A DNA stretch of 64,000 nucleotides from Phycisphaeraceae bacterium. Lineage in GTDB: Bacteria > Planctomycetota > Phycisphaerae > Phycisphaerales > Phycisphaeraceae. Position 1 is the first letter of the stretch, and each line of letters begins with the position of its first letter. This document shows, in pieces, positions 9,666-19,108 of the stretch. Under the pieces are notes generated by a model. The model saw only the letters and a program-made list of their open reading frames with translations. It did no database searches and had not been told where the DNA came from. The translations under genes and the position numbers were made by a program. Location of the stretch: contig OY771506.1 in the NCBI GenBank assembly GCA_963674705.1, positions 2,848,001 to 2,912,000 of the forward strand. Reading direction: 5' to 3'.

Positions 9666-10526
9666 TTAGCGGCGACGGATCATCGCCAGGCCACCGAGGC
9701 CCATCAGCGCGAGGCTGGCGGGTTCGGGGATCGCTTCGACGTTCAGGTTGTCATAGATGATGAACTGAGCATCGGAGACGGAGCTGAACGCATCGTGGTA
9801 GCCGAGAGCGACCTGGCCATCGCTGACGATAGTAGGCGTACGGATGATCGCAACACCGTCGAGGTAGTAGGTGACGTTGACGGGGTCCACTTCGATCGTC
9901 AGAGTGGTCCACGAGTTGCCTGGGGAACCGGGGAAGTCCGTGTCAGGATAGATTTGCTGATAGGTATCACCGGTCGCATTGGTGGTGTTCAGGTCGTTCC
10001 AGTAGGACGGGTCGCCTGAGTTAACCGGGGTGCCGGGCTCGATGAAGTGCCGGTAGTCCGAGGAGCTGCCGCCTTCACCGGTTATGGACAGGAAGTGGCC
10101 CGTGCCGCTGATGGGGGTGAAGATCGAGTTGGAGGTTGCGCCATCACCGGCGACGCCCACGGTGGCGAATTCGGTGGTGCCGGCGGTGCCTTCAACACCC
10201 ATGTAGATGTCGACGCTCATCCGATAGGCGGCTTCGGTGACTACGATGTTGTTGAAAGCGGTCAACGTGTTGGAGGCGCCAAGGCTGTTGTTGACAGTCA
10301 TGTACAGACCGCTCATGTCACCAGCGGTCGAGTTCGGAGCCAGTGCATAACCAGCGGTCACGTAGTCATACGCGAACACGATGGTGCTGTCCGGGCCACC
10401 TTGCTCAATCACGGTGTAGCTGGCCGAAGAATCAACCTCGAAGTCATCGGCGATCAGGGCGGCCGAAACCGGGGCCGTTGCGATGGCACCGGCCAGAACG
10501 GCCAATGTAAAACCAAACTTTCTCAT
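9666..10526 (-). CDS. Secreted PEP-CTERM protein, paralogue of 8398..9333
   Basis: Signal peptide; RBS aaggag; identical PEPASLALMGLGGLAMIRRR tail; shared internal motifs. Confidence 0.88.
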   Translation of the reverse strand: MRKFGFTLAVLAGAIATAPVSAALIADDFEVDSSASYTVIEQGGPDSTIVFAYDYVTAGYALAPNSTAGDMSGLYMTVNNSLGASNTLTAFNNIVVTEAAYRMSVDIYMGVEGTAGTTEFATVGVAGDGATSNSIFTPISGTGHFLSITGEGGSSSDYRHFIEPGTPVNSGDPSYWNDLNTTNATGDTYQQIYPDTDFPGSPGNSWTTLTIEVDPVNVTYYLDGVAIIRTPTIVSDGQVALGYHDAFSSVSDAQFIIYDNLNVEAIPEPASLALMGLGGLAMIRRR

Positions 10527-10709
10527 CTCTCCATCTCCTTTAGTAATGGGAACAAGCCGTAACGTATTACTTAATCAAGGGCAATACAGGATTAACACAA
10601 GGCCCTTAAAATATGAATAGATAGATATACTATCTCCGCTCCTTTTGGGCCAAGATCGGCCCTCATATGTCACAAGCCTGGCGAAAAATATATCCGCCCG
10701 CATACCTAT

Positions 10710-10738
10710 AGCATGCATCATTTAGCGCATAATGTCAA
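10710..10738 (-). promoter_or_regulatory. Putative sigma70 promoter
   Basis: Minus strand TTGACA-17 nt-CATGCT. Confidence 0.45.
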
Positions 10739-10934
10739 GCGCAAAGTTTCATAATTAGGGAAATCAAAACTGCGAAAATAAAGCCATAAGTATCGCAATA
10801 TCAGTATTATATGCGATTGTTATATGTTCGCTGCATGCTGTGCTCTTGAATGGTTGTCTATGGGTATCCACTTGGGTGTCATGATCTGAGAACTTGGGTA
10901 AAAATGATCGTCTATACCACCATTGACACAACTG

Positions 10935-10970
10935 AAAAGACCGGCCATCCCAGTTAAGGATGCCCGGCCT
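10935..10970 (-). terminator. Probable terminator hairpin
   Basis: Imperfect hairpin ccggccatcc...ggatgcccgg with a short A-run, downstream of the 11027 stop. Confidence 0.45.
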
Positions 10971-11026
10971 GTTGGTTGTCGAGATGCTTGAATGTTGAGT
11001 GAGTATCCGGTCGGTTACGTGATAGA

Positions 11027-12196
11027 TCAGCCGCGTCGAAGCAACGTGTACGCTCCCAATCCAATCAGGATCAGTGTGGCCGGCTCAGGCACGATCGAGG
11101 CCGGTGGCGTCCCGGCGTTCCAGTTGTTCAGCACCGTGTCCAGGTCTTCCAGACCGACATAATTGTCACCCGTCGGATCCGCGGCAGGATCGCCCGGTGG
11201 GATGGTCTGGTTCCAGTTGCTCAGGACGATGTCCAAGTCGTCCAGGCCGACGAAACCATCGTTATTCAGATCGCCTTCCAATGAGCCTGCAAGCAGGTCG
11301 GTTGCGGTGGTGATGACAACGTTGTCATAAATGACGAATTGATCCTCGGGGAAAGCGGATGACCCTGATCCCGCATCGAACAAGCCCAGCGAGACCGAGC
11401 CGCTTGTGACGCCGCTGGTGTTGGCGACGTTCTGATTCAGCGGGTCAAAAAACAGTGGGTCTTCGAACGGGATTTCCGCACCGTCGATCCAGAAGTTCAA
11501 AGTATCGGCGTCGGCGTTGTACTGGATGGTAAATGTTGCCCAGCCATTGATCACAGCACCGTTACCGACTGTTTCAGGATCAACACCGTAGGTATACGTT
11601 GCGCCCAGATCGGGATCGGACATGGTTGTCAGACCGTCGGTAGGTGTGATCGAGTCGCGCAGGATGATGTCGCTGCCGACGTCACCGTCCACCGTGTGGA
11701 ACAGGTAGGTGCCCGAGACCGTGTTGCCTGAGAAGTAGCTGGTAGCGATGCCGGGCGTTGTGTTAACGCCGACATACGCATGTTCGCTGGTACCTGCGCC
11801 GGGACCGTTGCGAGAATAGCTCATCCACACATCGACTTCGAGCTGATAGGAGCCGGTAATTTCGGTTATGGCGCCGCCGGTCAGCGCGCTGATATCGAGC
11901 GTGGTTTGCGCCGAGTTCGAGCCGGTCGACACGGGGTTGTTGGTGTTGGCGATCACCTTGATGCCCGTGCCCGAGATGCCGTCCAATCCTGTGTAAGCGA
12001 AGGTATGATCGATGGATTCGTTGCCGGGGTTCGCGCCCGGGTTTGAGTCGAGCGTCCACACGCCGGATTGGTCGGTTTCAAAATCCGAGGAATACAGTGT
12101 GTACGCGAACGGTACCGGTGAGGCGGCTTGTGTGTGTCCTATCACCGTACCTAATAACGCACAGCCAATCATAAACGTTGTCGTCTTCCGCATCAT
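11027..12196 (-). CDS. Secreted PEP-CTERM protein with beta-sandwich and dockerin-like domains
   Basis: Signal peptide after RBS ggagg; GDLNNDGFVGLDDLD/DPTGDNYVGLEDLD repeats; VPEP-TM-RRG. Confidence 0.88.
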   Translation of the reverse strand: MMRKTTTFMIGCALLGTVIGHTQAASPVPFAYTLYSSDFETDQSGVWTLDSNPGANPGNESIDHTFAYTGLDGISGTGIKVIANTNNPVSTGSNSAQTTLDISALTGGAITEITGSYQLEVDVWMSYSRNGPGAGTSEHAYVGVNTTPGIATSYFSGNTVSGTYLFHTVDGDVGSDIILRDSITPTDGLTTMSDPDLGATYTYGVDPETVGNGAVINGWATFTIQYNADADTLNFWIDGAEIPFEDPLFFDPLNQNVANTSGVTSGSVSLGLFDAGSGSSAFPEDQFVIYDNVVITTATDLLAGSLEGDLNNDGFVGLDDLDIVLSNWNQTIPPGDPAADPTGDNYVGLEDLDTVLNNWNAGTPPASIVPEPATLILIGLGAYTLLRRG

Positions 12197-12259
12197 TCGC
12201 CTCCTAATCATACAAAGAGAATTGTTTACAGACGTATAGTTGAATCTGATGCCAGCTAC

Positions 12260-13180
12260 TCAAAGATTGGTATTGGTTTCATCGCCGTTGCCATCGAGTG
12301 TCCAATGATTGTTGTCGTGCGACCTGGCGTCGCTTAGTTCGTGTTCTTCATAACCATCGGTGTCATAACCGCCACTGCGAGGCGCGCCGTACATTTCTTC
12401 ACGCACGCTCGGGATCGCGGGCTGATCTTCGCCGTTTGTCAGCTTAATACTGTCGCCGTGGCCGTCGGCATAAGTGATATTGACCGCGAGCTTGTGGCGA
12501 GGGTGGGGGTTGCCATAGATCTGATTGCCGTTGGAGTTGTCGTAGACGAAGTTCGAGCCGCGGTGGTCATGCTTGCTGTACTTCTCAACGGAGTCCATGA
12601 AGTAGAAGGTGTGAGATGCTTGCGTAAAGTCGCCGATGCGTGCCGAGATGGCGAGGCCGATCGCCATCTGCCCTTGTGTCGGACCCGATGGAACCGTTCC
12701 GCGATAGGTATATTCGTAAATATTGAAGTGGGTTTTGCGCTGAATGATGCCGATGTTGCTGGAGTTCATGCCGTATTCGGAATACGCCCAGGCGGCACGT
12801 TGTGGGTTTTCAGGGTCTGCTTCAAGTATCTCTTTCTTGGATTCAAGCGACGGGCAGGTAAATCCTTTTCGATCCGGCATGTATCCCTGGTTAAAAAGCG
12901 CCGAGGTCCACCATGAACCATGTGAAGTCCCGGGGTAGCTGCCCGGTCTGTACACCTCACGATAGCGCACAAAGAACTCTTCATTGTCTGCTGTGTACGT
13001 TGTCGAAGCCGTCCCGATCTGCCGGCAATTACTCAAACACACAAGAGATTGAGCGGACTGCCTGGCAGCGCCCAGAGCCGGCAACAGGATGCCGACCAAC
13101 AACGCAATTATTGAAATAACCACCAGCAATTCGATCAGAGTGAAACCCGCGCCGGAGAATCTGCCACGAGATGTGGACAT
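12260..13180 (-). CDS. Prepilin-type N-terminal cleavage/methylation protein (DUF1559 family, H-X9-DG motif)
   Basis: [34 protein letters not shown]-terminal [14 protein letters not shown]. Confidence 0.92.
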   Translation of the reverse strand: MSTSRGRFSGAGFTLIELLVVISIIALLVGILLPALGAARQSAQSLVCLSNCRQIGTASTTYTADNEEFFVRYREVYRPGSYPGTSHGSWWTSALFNQGYMPDRKGFTCPSLESKKEILEADPENPQRAAWAYSEYGMNSSNIGIIQRKTHFNIYEYTYRGTVPSGPTQGQMAIGLAISARIGDFTQASHTFYFMDSVEKYSKHDHRGSNFVYDNSNGNQIYGNPHPRHKLAVNITYADGHGDSIKLTNGEDQPAIPSVREEMYGAPRSGGYDTDGYEEHELSDARSHDNNHWTLDGNGDETNTNL

Positions 13181-13348
13181 AAAGATCACCTCGGTAAAAG
13201 ATGCGATGTCGAATGTCACAGCCGACAAATCAAAAACTACATGTTGTACTAAATGGGTGCGGCCCCAATACCACACATAAGACAGCCAGCTTGCCTAACA
13301 GGTGATGCGTACCTTTATGAAAGTTGCACAAGCCGTAATTATGGAATT

Positions 13349-13377
13349 AACCTAACGAAGTCATTCAAAAAGTGCAA
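13349..13377 (-). promoter_or_regulatory. Putative sigma70 promoter for the DUF1559/PEP-CTERM pair
   Basis: Minus strand TTGCAC-17 nt-TAGGTT. Confidence 0.4.
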
Positions 13378-13446
13378 CAACTTTTTTTAAAATTAAAGTT
13401 GAGGTATAGCACACTTCTTTTGTGGAAAAGGCGGGTGAATAATACT

Positions 13447-15279
13447 TTACTTGCCGCAGGGTTCGGAAGTCATCAGCCAACGTGTGCTGATCTGTTCGGC
13501 TGACAGGTCGGGTTGGTGATGTCGGATCGCCGCGGCAACCAGGCCCATGAACATCGGTTGCGGCCTTAGCGGCCTGCCCGTCAATTCGGGGTGGAATTGC
13601 GATCCGATGAAGTAAGGATGCGTCGGCAGTTCGAGGATCTGCATGATCGGTTGTTCGGGGTGTCGGCCCGAGAATACGAGGCCGGCTTTCTCCAAGATCT
13701 GGATGTACTTCGGATCGACTTCATACCGATGACGGAATCGTTCGCGGATGGTAAAGGGTTGTGTGGCTTCGGGTTTAACCAGGAACGATGCAAGTGTGTT
13801 TGGCTTAACCAAGACATCCTTGCCACCGAGGCGCATGTTGCCTCCGAGACCTTCGATCTTCTTTTGCTCGGGCAGGATGTCGATGACAGGTGCTTCGGAC
13901 AGTTGATCAAACTCGGTGCTCGCGGCTTCGGGTAATGATGCGACGTTGCGTGCGTACTCGACGACAGCCATCTGGAAACCTAAGCAGATGCCCAGGTAGG
14001 GCAGGCCGTTCTCTCGGCAGTACTTGACGCATGCGATCTTGCTTTCGGTGCCGCGTACACCAAATCCACCGGGCACGATGACGGCATCGAGGCCCTTGAG
14101 TTTTTCTGGTGCTTCTGCCGGCTCGAAGCGCGTGGTATCCAGCCAGTCGGTTTCGATATTGCAGTTCAGGTGAGCGCCGCAATGTTCCAGGGCTTTGTCG
14201 ATTGAAGCGTAAGCATCGCGCAATGACGCGTACTTACCGGTGATCCCGATCTTGACATCGAACTTGCGTTTGGATTCGAGTTTGTTCACGAAGCCCTGCC
14301 AGTCAAGGCGTGCGCGGTCTTCGTGGCCTTGGTTGACCCGGCTGTGCAGGTTAAGCATGGTCAGGACCTCGCGGTCGAGTCCGGCCTGTCGCATCGAGTC
14401 GGGGATCGTGTAGATAGAGTCGCGGTCGTGCATGGAGAACACGCGGTTCAGCGGGACGTTACTGAACATCGCGATTTTTTCCGCGGCGGACGACTGCACC
14501 GGGTTCTTCGCACGTGCAGCGATGATGTGCGGTTGCACCCCGGCTTCCATCAGTTTTTTCAGACCAAGCTGTGCGGCCTTGGATTTTTGTTCGCCCAGCG
14601 CCGGTGGTTCGATCACATAAGTCAACGCCACGAAACAGACCGCACCGGGGCCTTCCTCGAAAGCAAGCTGGCGCATGGCTTCGATGTAAAAAGCGTTCTC
14701 ATGATCGCCGACCGTTCCGCCGACCTCGACGAAGACTACATCCGCCTTTTGTTTGATCGCCAGTTCACGCAGCAGGTACTTCACTTCGCCGGTGACGTGG
14801 GGGATCATCTGTACGTCGCGGCCGAGGTAGCCGCCGTGCCGTTCCTTATCCAGCACGCGTTTATATATCTGGCCGCTGGTGGTGTAGTTATGGCGTGTCA
14901 GGTTTTGGTCGAGCATGCGTTCGTAGGTGCCCAGGTCCATGTCGGTTTCCAGGCCGTCATCCAGAACAAAAACTTCACCATGCCGATAGGGATTGAGCGT
15001 GCCGGAGTCGATGTTGAGGTAGCCCTCCATTTTGATGGGTGCTACGCTCAGCTTCTTATCTTTCAATAGTTTGGCGAGGCTTGAGGAAAAAATCCCTTTG
15101 CCCAGACCGCTCATGACCGTGCCCAGCACGATGACGTACTTATGGCGTCCAAGCTGGTAGCCCGGGGGGACGGGGTTGAAGAATTCGGACTCGTGGGTGG
15201 CGTGGCCGGCTTCAGCCAAGAGGTCGGCGGTGCTGGCGGAGGGGTCAGAAACGTCTTGTGGCGTGTTTGAGGGGGGCAT
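13447..15279 (-). CDS. pyrG: CTP synthase
   Basis: GTVMSGLGKG, HGEVFVLDDG, DLGTYER, GICLGFQ and QFHPE glutaminase motifs. Start uncertain (15279 or 15294). Confidence 0.96.
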   Translation of the reverse strand: MPPSNTPQDVSDPSASTADLLAEAGHATHESEFFNPVPPGYQLGRHKYVIVLGTVMSGLGKGIFSSSLAKLLKDKKLSVAPIKMEGYLNIDSGTLNPYRHGEVFVLDDGLETDMDLGTYERMLDQNLTRHNYTTSGQIYKRVLDKERHGGYLGRDVQMIPHVTGEVKYLLRELAIKQKADVVFVEVGGTVGDHENAFYIEAMRQLAFEEGPGAVCFVALTYVIEPPALGEQKSKAAQLGLKKLMEAGVQPHIIAARAKNPVQSSAAEKIAMFSNVPLNRVFSMHDRDSIYTIPDSMRQAGLDREVLTMLNLHSRVNQGHEDRARLDWQGFVNKLESKRKFDVKIGITGKYASLRDAYASIDKALEHCGAHLNCNIETDWLDTTRFEPAEAPEKLKGLDAVIVPGGFGVRGTESKIACVKYCRENGLPYLGICLGFQMAVVEYARNVASLPEAASTEFDQLSEAPVIDILPEQKKIEGLGGNMRLGGKDVLVKPNTLASFLVKPEATQPFTIRERFRHRYEVDPKYIQILEKAGLVFSGRHPEQPIMQILELPTHPYFIGSQFHPELTGRPLRPQPMFMGLVAAAIRHHQPDLSAEQISTRWLMTSEPCGK

Positions 15280-15381
15280 CCCCGTTTGTACCACGTGATT
15301 TAATAAGAATCAAGCAAGGTCGGCAATGCTTTGGGCCATTTAGACGTTAGAATTATGAGAGCCCTTCAGTAAGGATGGATT

Positions 15382-16380
15382 TTGCGACGCTCTTACGCTC
15401 GCCATCTGGCAATCTTCTTCCCGGCGATCCTCGTCGTTGCTGTCTTCATGCTCATCAAGCCCAGCACGCGGTCGCAGAACACCTCCGCTTCCGATCCTAA
15501 GCCCGAGCAGAATACGAACGAGTTTCCGCGCCGGTTTGATTCTTCCGAACGGGAGAAGGAACGAACTCGTCGATGGGAAATCAGGCGTGAACTACTCATC
15601 GAAAAGGGATACCTGACCGAAGGCATGTCGGAAGATGAAGAACGCGCCGTTTTCGATGAGGTGTTGGGCCGGTTTGGTCCCCGGGACCCGTCGGAAGACG
15701 ATAACAGCGAGCGTGCCGAATTACGCAAAGAACTTGAGTTGCGCTACCTGGAAGAAGGCATCGGGCACCGACGCTGGCACGGCCGTGGCATGGGACAACC
15801 GCGACCGGGTGAATTTGGCTACCAGGGTGTGGGTATTTTCGAAGGCAGGGGATTGACGCTTGGCGATACCGTTCCGCCCATGCAGGTCTTCGATATCAAC
15901 GGCCAACCGGTACAGTTGTCGCAAACCTGGCAGGACCGGCCCGTGCTTCTTGTTACCGGCTCAATCACTTGCGGTTTTACTCAGGAATGCATCGCGGAGC
16001 TGGACGTGTTAAGTCGACGTTTCAGTAGCGACATCAATGTTGTATTGCTCTACACACTCGAAGCCTTGCCGAATGATGAAGAAGCCCCTGGCCCGGCAGG
16101 TGAAGCGCTGACCGAGCAATACGAATCAAGTGATATCCCATCCTACCCGCAGCCAAAATCACTTCAGCAACGCCTTGAACTTGCTAAAGCCTTCCGTGAC
16201 CAATGCAATGTCCAGTCGACAATCCTGGTCGACACCATGAACAACGACGGCTGGCAAGCATTCGGCCAGGCGCCAAGCATGGCGGTCCTGATCACACCTG
16301 GCGGCAAGGTCGCTCATAAAGAGGGCTGGTTCAACGCCTATGTCATGGCGGATGAGATCGAGGCCGAACTGCGGCAATAA
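15382..16380 (+). CDS. Membrane-anchored deiodinase-like/thioredoxin-fold protein
   Basis: N-terminal TM; RPVLLVTGSITCGF, LYTLEALP, QPKSLQQRLELA and LVDTMNN resemble the bacterial deiodinase-like family. Confidence 0.65.
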   Translation: MRRSYARHLAIFFPAILVVAVFMLIKPSTRSQNTSASDPKPEQNTNEFPRRFDSSEREKERTRRWEIRRELLIEKGYLTEGMSEDEERAVFDEVLGRFGPRDPSEDDNSERAELRKELELRYLEEGIGHRRWHGRGMGQPRPGEFGYQGVGIFEGRGLTLGDTVPPMQVFDINGQPVQLSQTWQDRPVLLVTGSITCGFTQECIAELDVLSRRFSSDINVVLLYTLEALPNDEEAPGPAGEALTEQYESSDIPSYPQPKSLQQRLELAKAFRDQCNVQSTILVDTMNNDGWQAFGQAPSMAVLITPGGKVAHKEGWFNAYVMADEIEAELRQ

Positions 16381-16509
16381 AGCGTAACAATATTCTGGCT
16401 CAAATCTCTTTATTTTCTTTAAGTCTATTTTTATACTATCTATTAAGCTGTTGTCGCGCTGTTCAGTTTAAGATGCACGATTAGTGTTTTATATGACCGG
16501 GAGGTTGTC

Positions 16510-17211
16510 ATGTCGGTTAAGAATATTCTAGGGTCGCTATTCGTAATGTCTTTTTTCTTCAGCCAGTCTGCCATGGCAGGTGTGGTTTACCCATATTCAC
16601 CACCTCTGGATATGGAATGGTTTGCGGATTACGGCATTGGTAGCTCATCGATTCCGGATGGTTCGGGTTCATATGTATCCGGGCTGTACTTCGGCTATAC
16701 AGATAATCCGTCTTATGCTTCGAATCGATCACTCATTCCGTTATCGCCGAAGTATTCAGTTATCACACTGAACTCGCCAGATGAGTCGCCATGGTGGCTT
16801 GCATTTGATGCTATTCTACCACCTGAGCTAAACGATTATCTGGATTGGTCGACTTGGGAATACAGCGAAGCCGCCGCGTATGTACCCGTGGGGACCGTGT
16901 TGACTTTCCCGGAAGATAACCCTTCTGACGGTTGGTATACCGATACGACGTTATACCGTGACGTTGATGGTGTTCCGATGCCGATCGAAGAGTTTATGCC
17001 GTTTATCGGTGACGGAGCGGGCCAATACGTTTTGGATCAGGAAGGTCAAATCGACCTGGTGGCGTTTAGTTTTTTTGTCTCGGTGACATATGATTCGCCA
17101 GGAGCGCCGGCTATCCCGCGTTTGGTTCACATCCATGTCGTGCCCGAACCGGGCTCAATGATTTTTGCCTTAGGTCTAACGGGTCTTGGATTGCTCCGCC
17201 GATTGCGGTGA
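16510..17211 (+). CDS. PEP-CTERM protein of unknown function
   Basis: RBS ggagg; signal peptide (AMA); VPEP-TM-RRLR; visibly lower GC. Confidence 0.85.
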   Translation: MSVKNILGSLFVMSFFFSQSAMAGVVYPYSPPLDMEWFADYGIGSSSIPDGSGSYVSGLYFGYTDNPSYASNRSLIPLSPKYSVITLNSPDESPWWLAFDAILPPELNDYLDWSTWEYSEAAAYVPVGTVLTFPEDNPSDGWYTDTTLYRDVDGVPMPIEEFMPFIGDGAGQYVLDQEGQIDLVAFSFFVSVTYDSPGAPAIPRLVHIHVVPEPGSMIFALGLTGLGLLRRLR

Positions 17212-17213
17212 TG

Positions 17214-18167
17214 CTATCGCACGTCACTTGTAACGTGTGTTGCTATCAAACTGACCGGCAGTAAAGCCAACAGGATTAATCCCTGCCACCAGAGCCCGGC
17301 GGAGAGAAGCCAGCCAGCGTTAAAGACGATCAGCCAGAGTGTTGCCAGGCGGGTGAAACGTCTGGCGGTGGCACGCTTGGCGCGTGGATGCAGCGTCGAT
17401 GGGCCGAGGATCAGCCAGAGGATCAGGCCAAACAACAGCGCCGCTGCAGCCGGGCCGATCCAGATGAGTTGGATGCCTTCGTATTCAATACCCTCGCCGC
17501 GTGCCCGGATCATCATGAGCACGACCAGGCTCCAGAAGACCCAGCCGACGATCACCCCCCAGCCGTTGTTCGCAGAAAGAGCGGGACGCTTGACAGCAAG
17601 CCAGTGCCGGAGCGTGGCGCTGGCCATCGTGTGTGTCATCATCAGCAGGATTGGCCAGGCGAAAGCCAGCTTCGGGTTCGGGATCAGCGTGGTTACGCCG
17701 ACGATCAGGCCGAGTGTGACGATGCCGACCGCGGGGACGAACCGCCCGGCCACGTTGTAAAACACGATCGCGCCGGCGGCGATCAGGGCCATGATCATGC
17801 TCAGCGAGCCGAACGGGATCGTCGCACCAAGCGCCACCAGCAGCCCCAGCATCGACAGGCCGAAAGCCGAGCGCTGCGTGACGCGTCCTGAGGGGATAGG
17901 GCGGTTCGGCTCAAAAGCCCGGTCGTGCCGGGCGTCCAGGGCGTCGTTCAACGCCATCATGAATATCCCCAGACCCACCGCGATCAGGGCGGTCAATCCC
18001 AGCGCCCCAGCCACCCCCAGCCCATTTAATGGGATATTACGACGTGTTTCCGGCTCGATGTAGAAACCCAGAAGCGTCATGACCCACAGGCCGCTGACCA
18101 GTGCGGTCATCAGCTCGGGTCGCATCAAACCCATGAGGTTCTTGAGTTTATGTGGCTGATCCGTCAT
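17214..18167 (-). CDS. UbiA-family prenyltransferase
   Basis: LMRP start motif; ALNDALDARHDRAFEPNRPIPSG aspartate-rich motif; multiple TM helices. Confidence 0.85.
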   Translation of the reverse strand: MTDQPHKLKNLMGLMRPELMTALVSGLWVMTLLGFYIEPETRRNIPLNGLGVAGALGLTALIAVGLGIFMMALNDALDARHDRAFEPNRPIPSGRVTQRSAFGLSMLGLLVALGATIPFGSLSMIMALIAAGAIVFYNVAGRFVPAVGIVTLGLIVGVTTLIPNPKLAFAWPILLMMTHTMASATLRHWLAVKRPALSANNGWGVIVGWVFWSLVVLMMIRARGEGIEYEGIQLIWIGPAAAALLFGLILWLILGPSTLHPRAKRATARRFTRLATLWLIVFNAGWLLSAGLWWQGLILLALLPVSLIATHVTSDVR

Positions 18168-18268
18168 ACGCCATACTTCCCCGGCAAAGGGTGAGGTTGT
18201 CAAGGCTCACGGGCCCAGTGTCCGATATCCATGCAGGACACAGCAGACCACGATACACTTTTTACATC

Positions 18269-19105
18269 ATGCGAACCAAACGTATGCCCCAATCCACCGC
18301 TTGGCGAATCCTGTTCACCCTCGTGCTATTCAATCTCACTGCCGTGGTGGGGGGGTGTGCCGGGCCGAATAATGATGCTGACATCTTCAGCGGGATGCTT
18401 GAAAAGGTTCTGCCACCGAGCCCGTCTAAGGTGGCGAGGGAAGCTTTCAACGTCTATGACGCGGACCTTCGAGCCCGTAGTGTGGCCCTGCTGTCCAGCT
18501 CGGACTTCGGGCATGAAGAGCCCTACGTGCGGATGTATCGGTTATTGATCGACGACCAGGACCCAACCGTTCGCGCCGCCTGTGCCCACGCGCTGGGGAT
18601 GCACGGCACGGCAGAGGATGCCCCGACGCTGATTGGGCTTTTAAAGGACGACACCAGCTTTGTCCGGTGGGAAGCGGCCAAGGCACTGCAGAAGATCCAT
18701 CACACGGATGCGGTTCGGCCGTTGATGGATGTGATGAATGATGATGAAGATGCCGACGTCCGTATGGCCGCGGCTCAGGCGTTGGGACAGTACGCCGCGC
18801 GACCGGTGTTTGATGCATTGGTTGGTGCGCTATCCGATCACAACTTCGGTGTGGTGCAGGCCGCGTCCGAATCACTCGCCGTGTTGACCGGCCAGGACCT
18901 GGGCACCGATGGCGGACGCTGGCTGGACTTTGCATCGCAGAATCCCGGCAACCTCTTCCAGCAGCAGCGTCAGTACACTTACATGCCTTACCAGAAACCT
19001 CCGGGCAAGCTTGATGGAGTCAAGTTCTGGAAAGAAGATCAAACCGTCAGCCCGAAGACACCGGTCGGTGTGAATAATGTCGAAAGCCCGGAATCCGGCG
19101 CGTAA
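18269..19105 (+). CDS. HEAT-repeat lipoprotein
   Basis: Lipobox-like VGGC; repeated D..VR.AA..ALG HEAT units. Confidence 0.8.
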   Translation: MRTKRMPQSTAWRILFTLVLFNLTAVVGGCAGPNNDADIFSGMLEKVLPPSPSKVAREAFNVYDADLRARSVALLSSSDFGHEEPYVRMYRLLIDDQDPTVRAACAHALGMHGTAEDAPTLIGLLKDDTSFVRWEAAKALQKIHHTDAVRPLMDVMNDDEDADVRMAAAQALGQYAARPVFDALVGALSDHNFGVVQAASESLAVLTGQDLGTDGGRWLDFASQNPGNLFQQQRQYTYMPYQKPPGKLDGVKFWKEDQTVSPKTPVGVNNVESPESGA

Positions 19106-19108
19106 GGA

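Noticed and set aside
15950..15980. Selenoprotein (Sec) in the deiodinase-like gene
   Set aside because: The active-site codon is TGC (Cys); there is no in-frame TGA.
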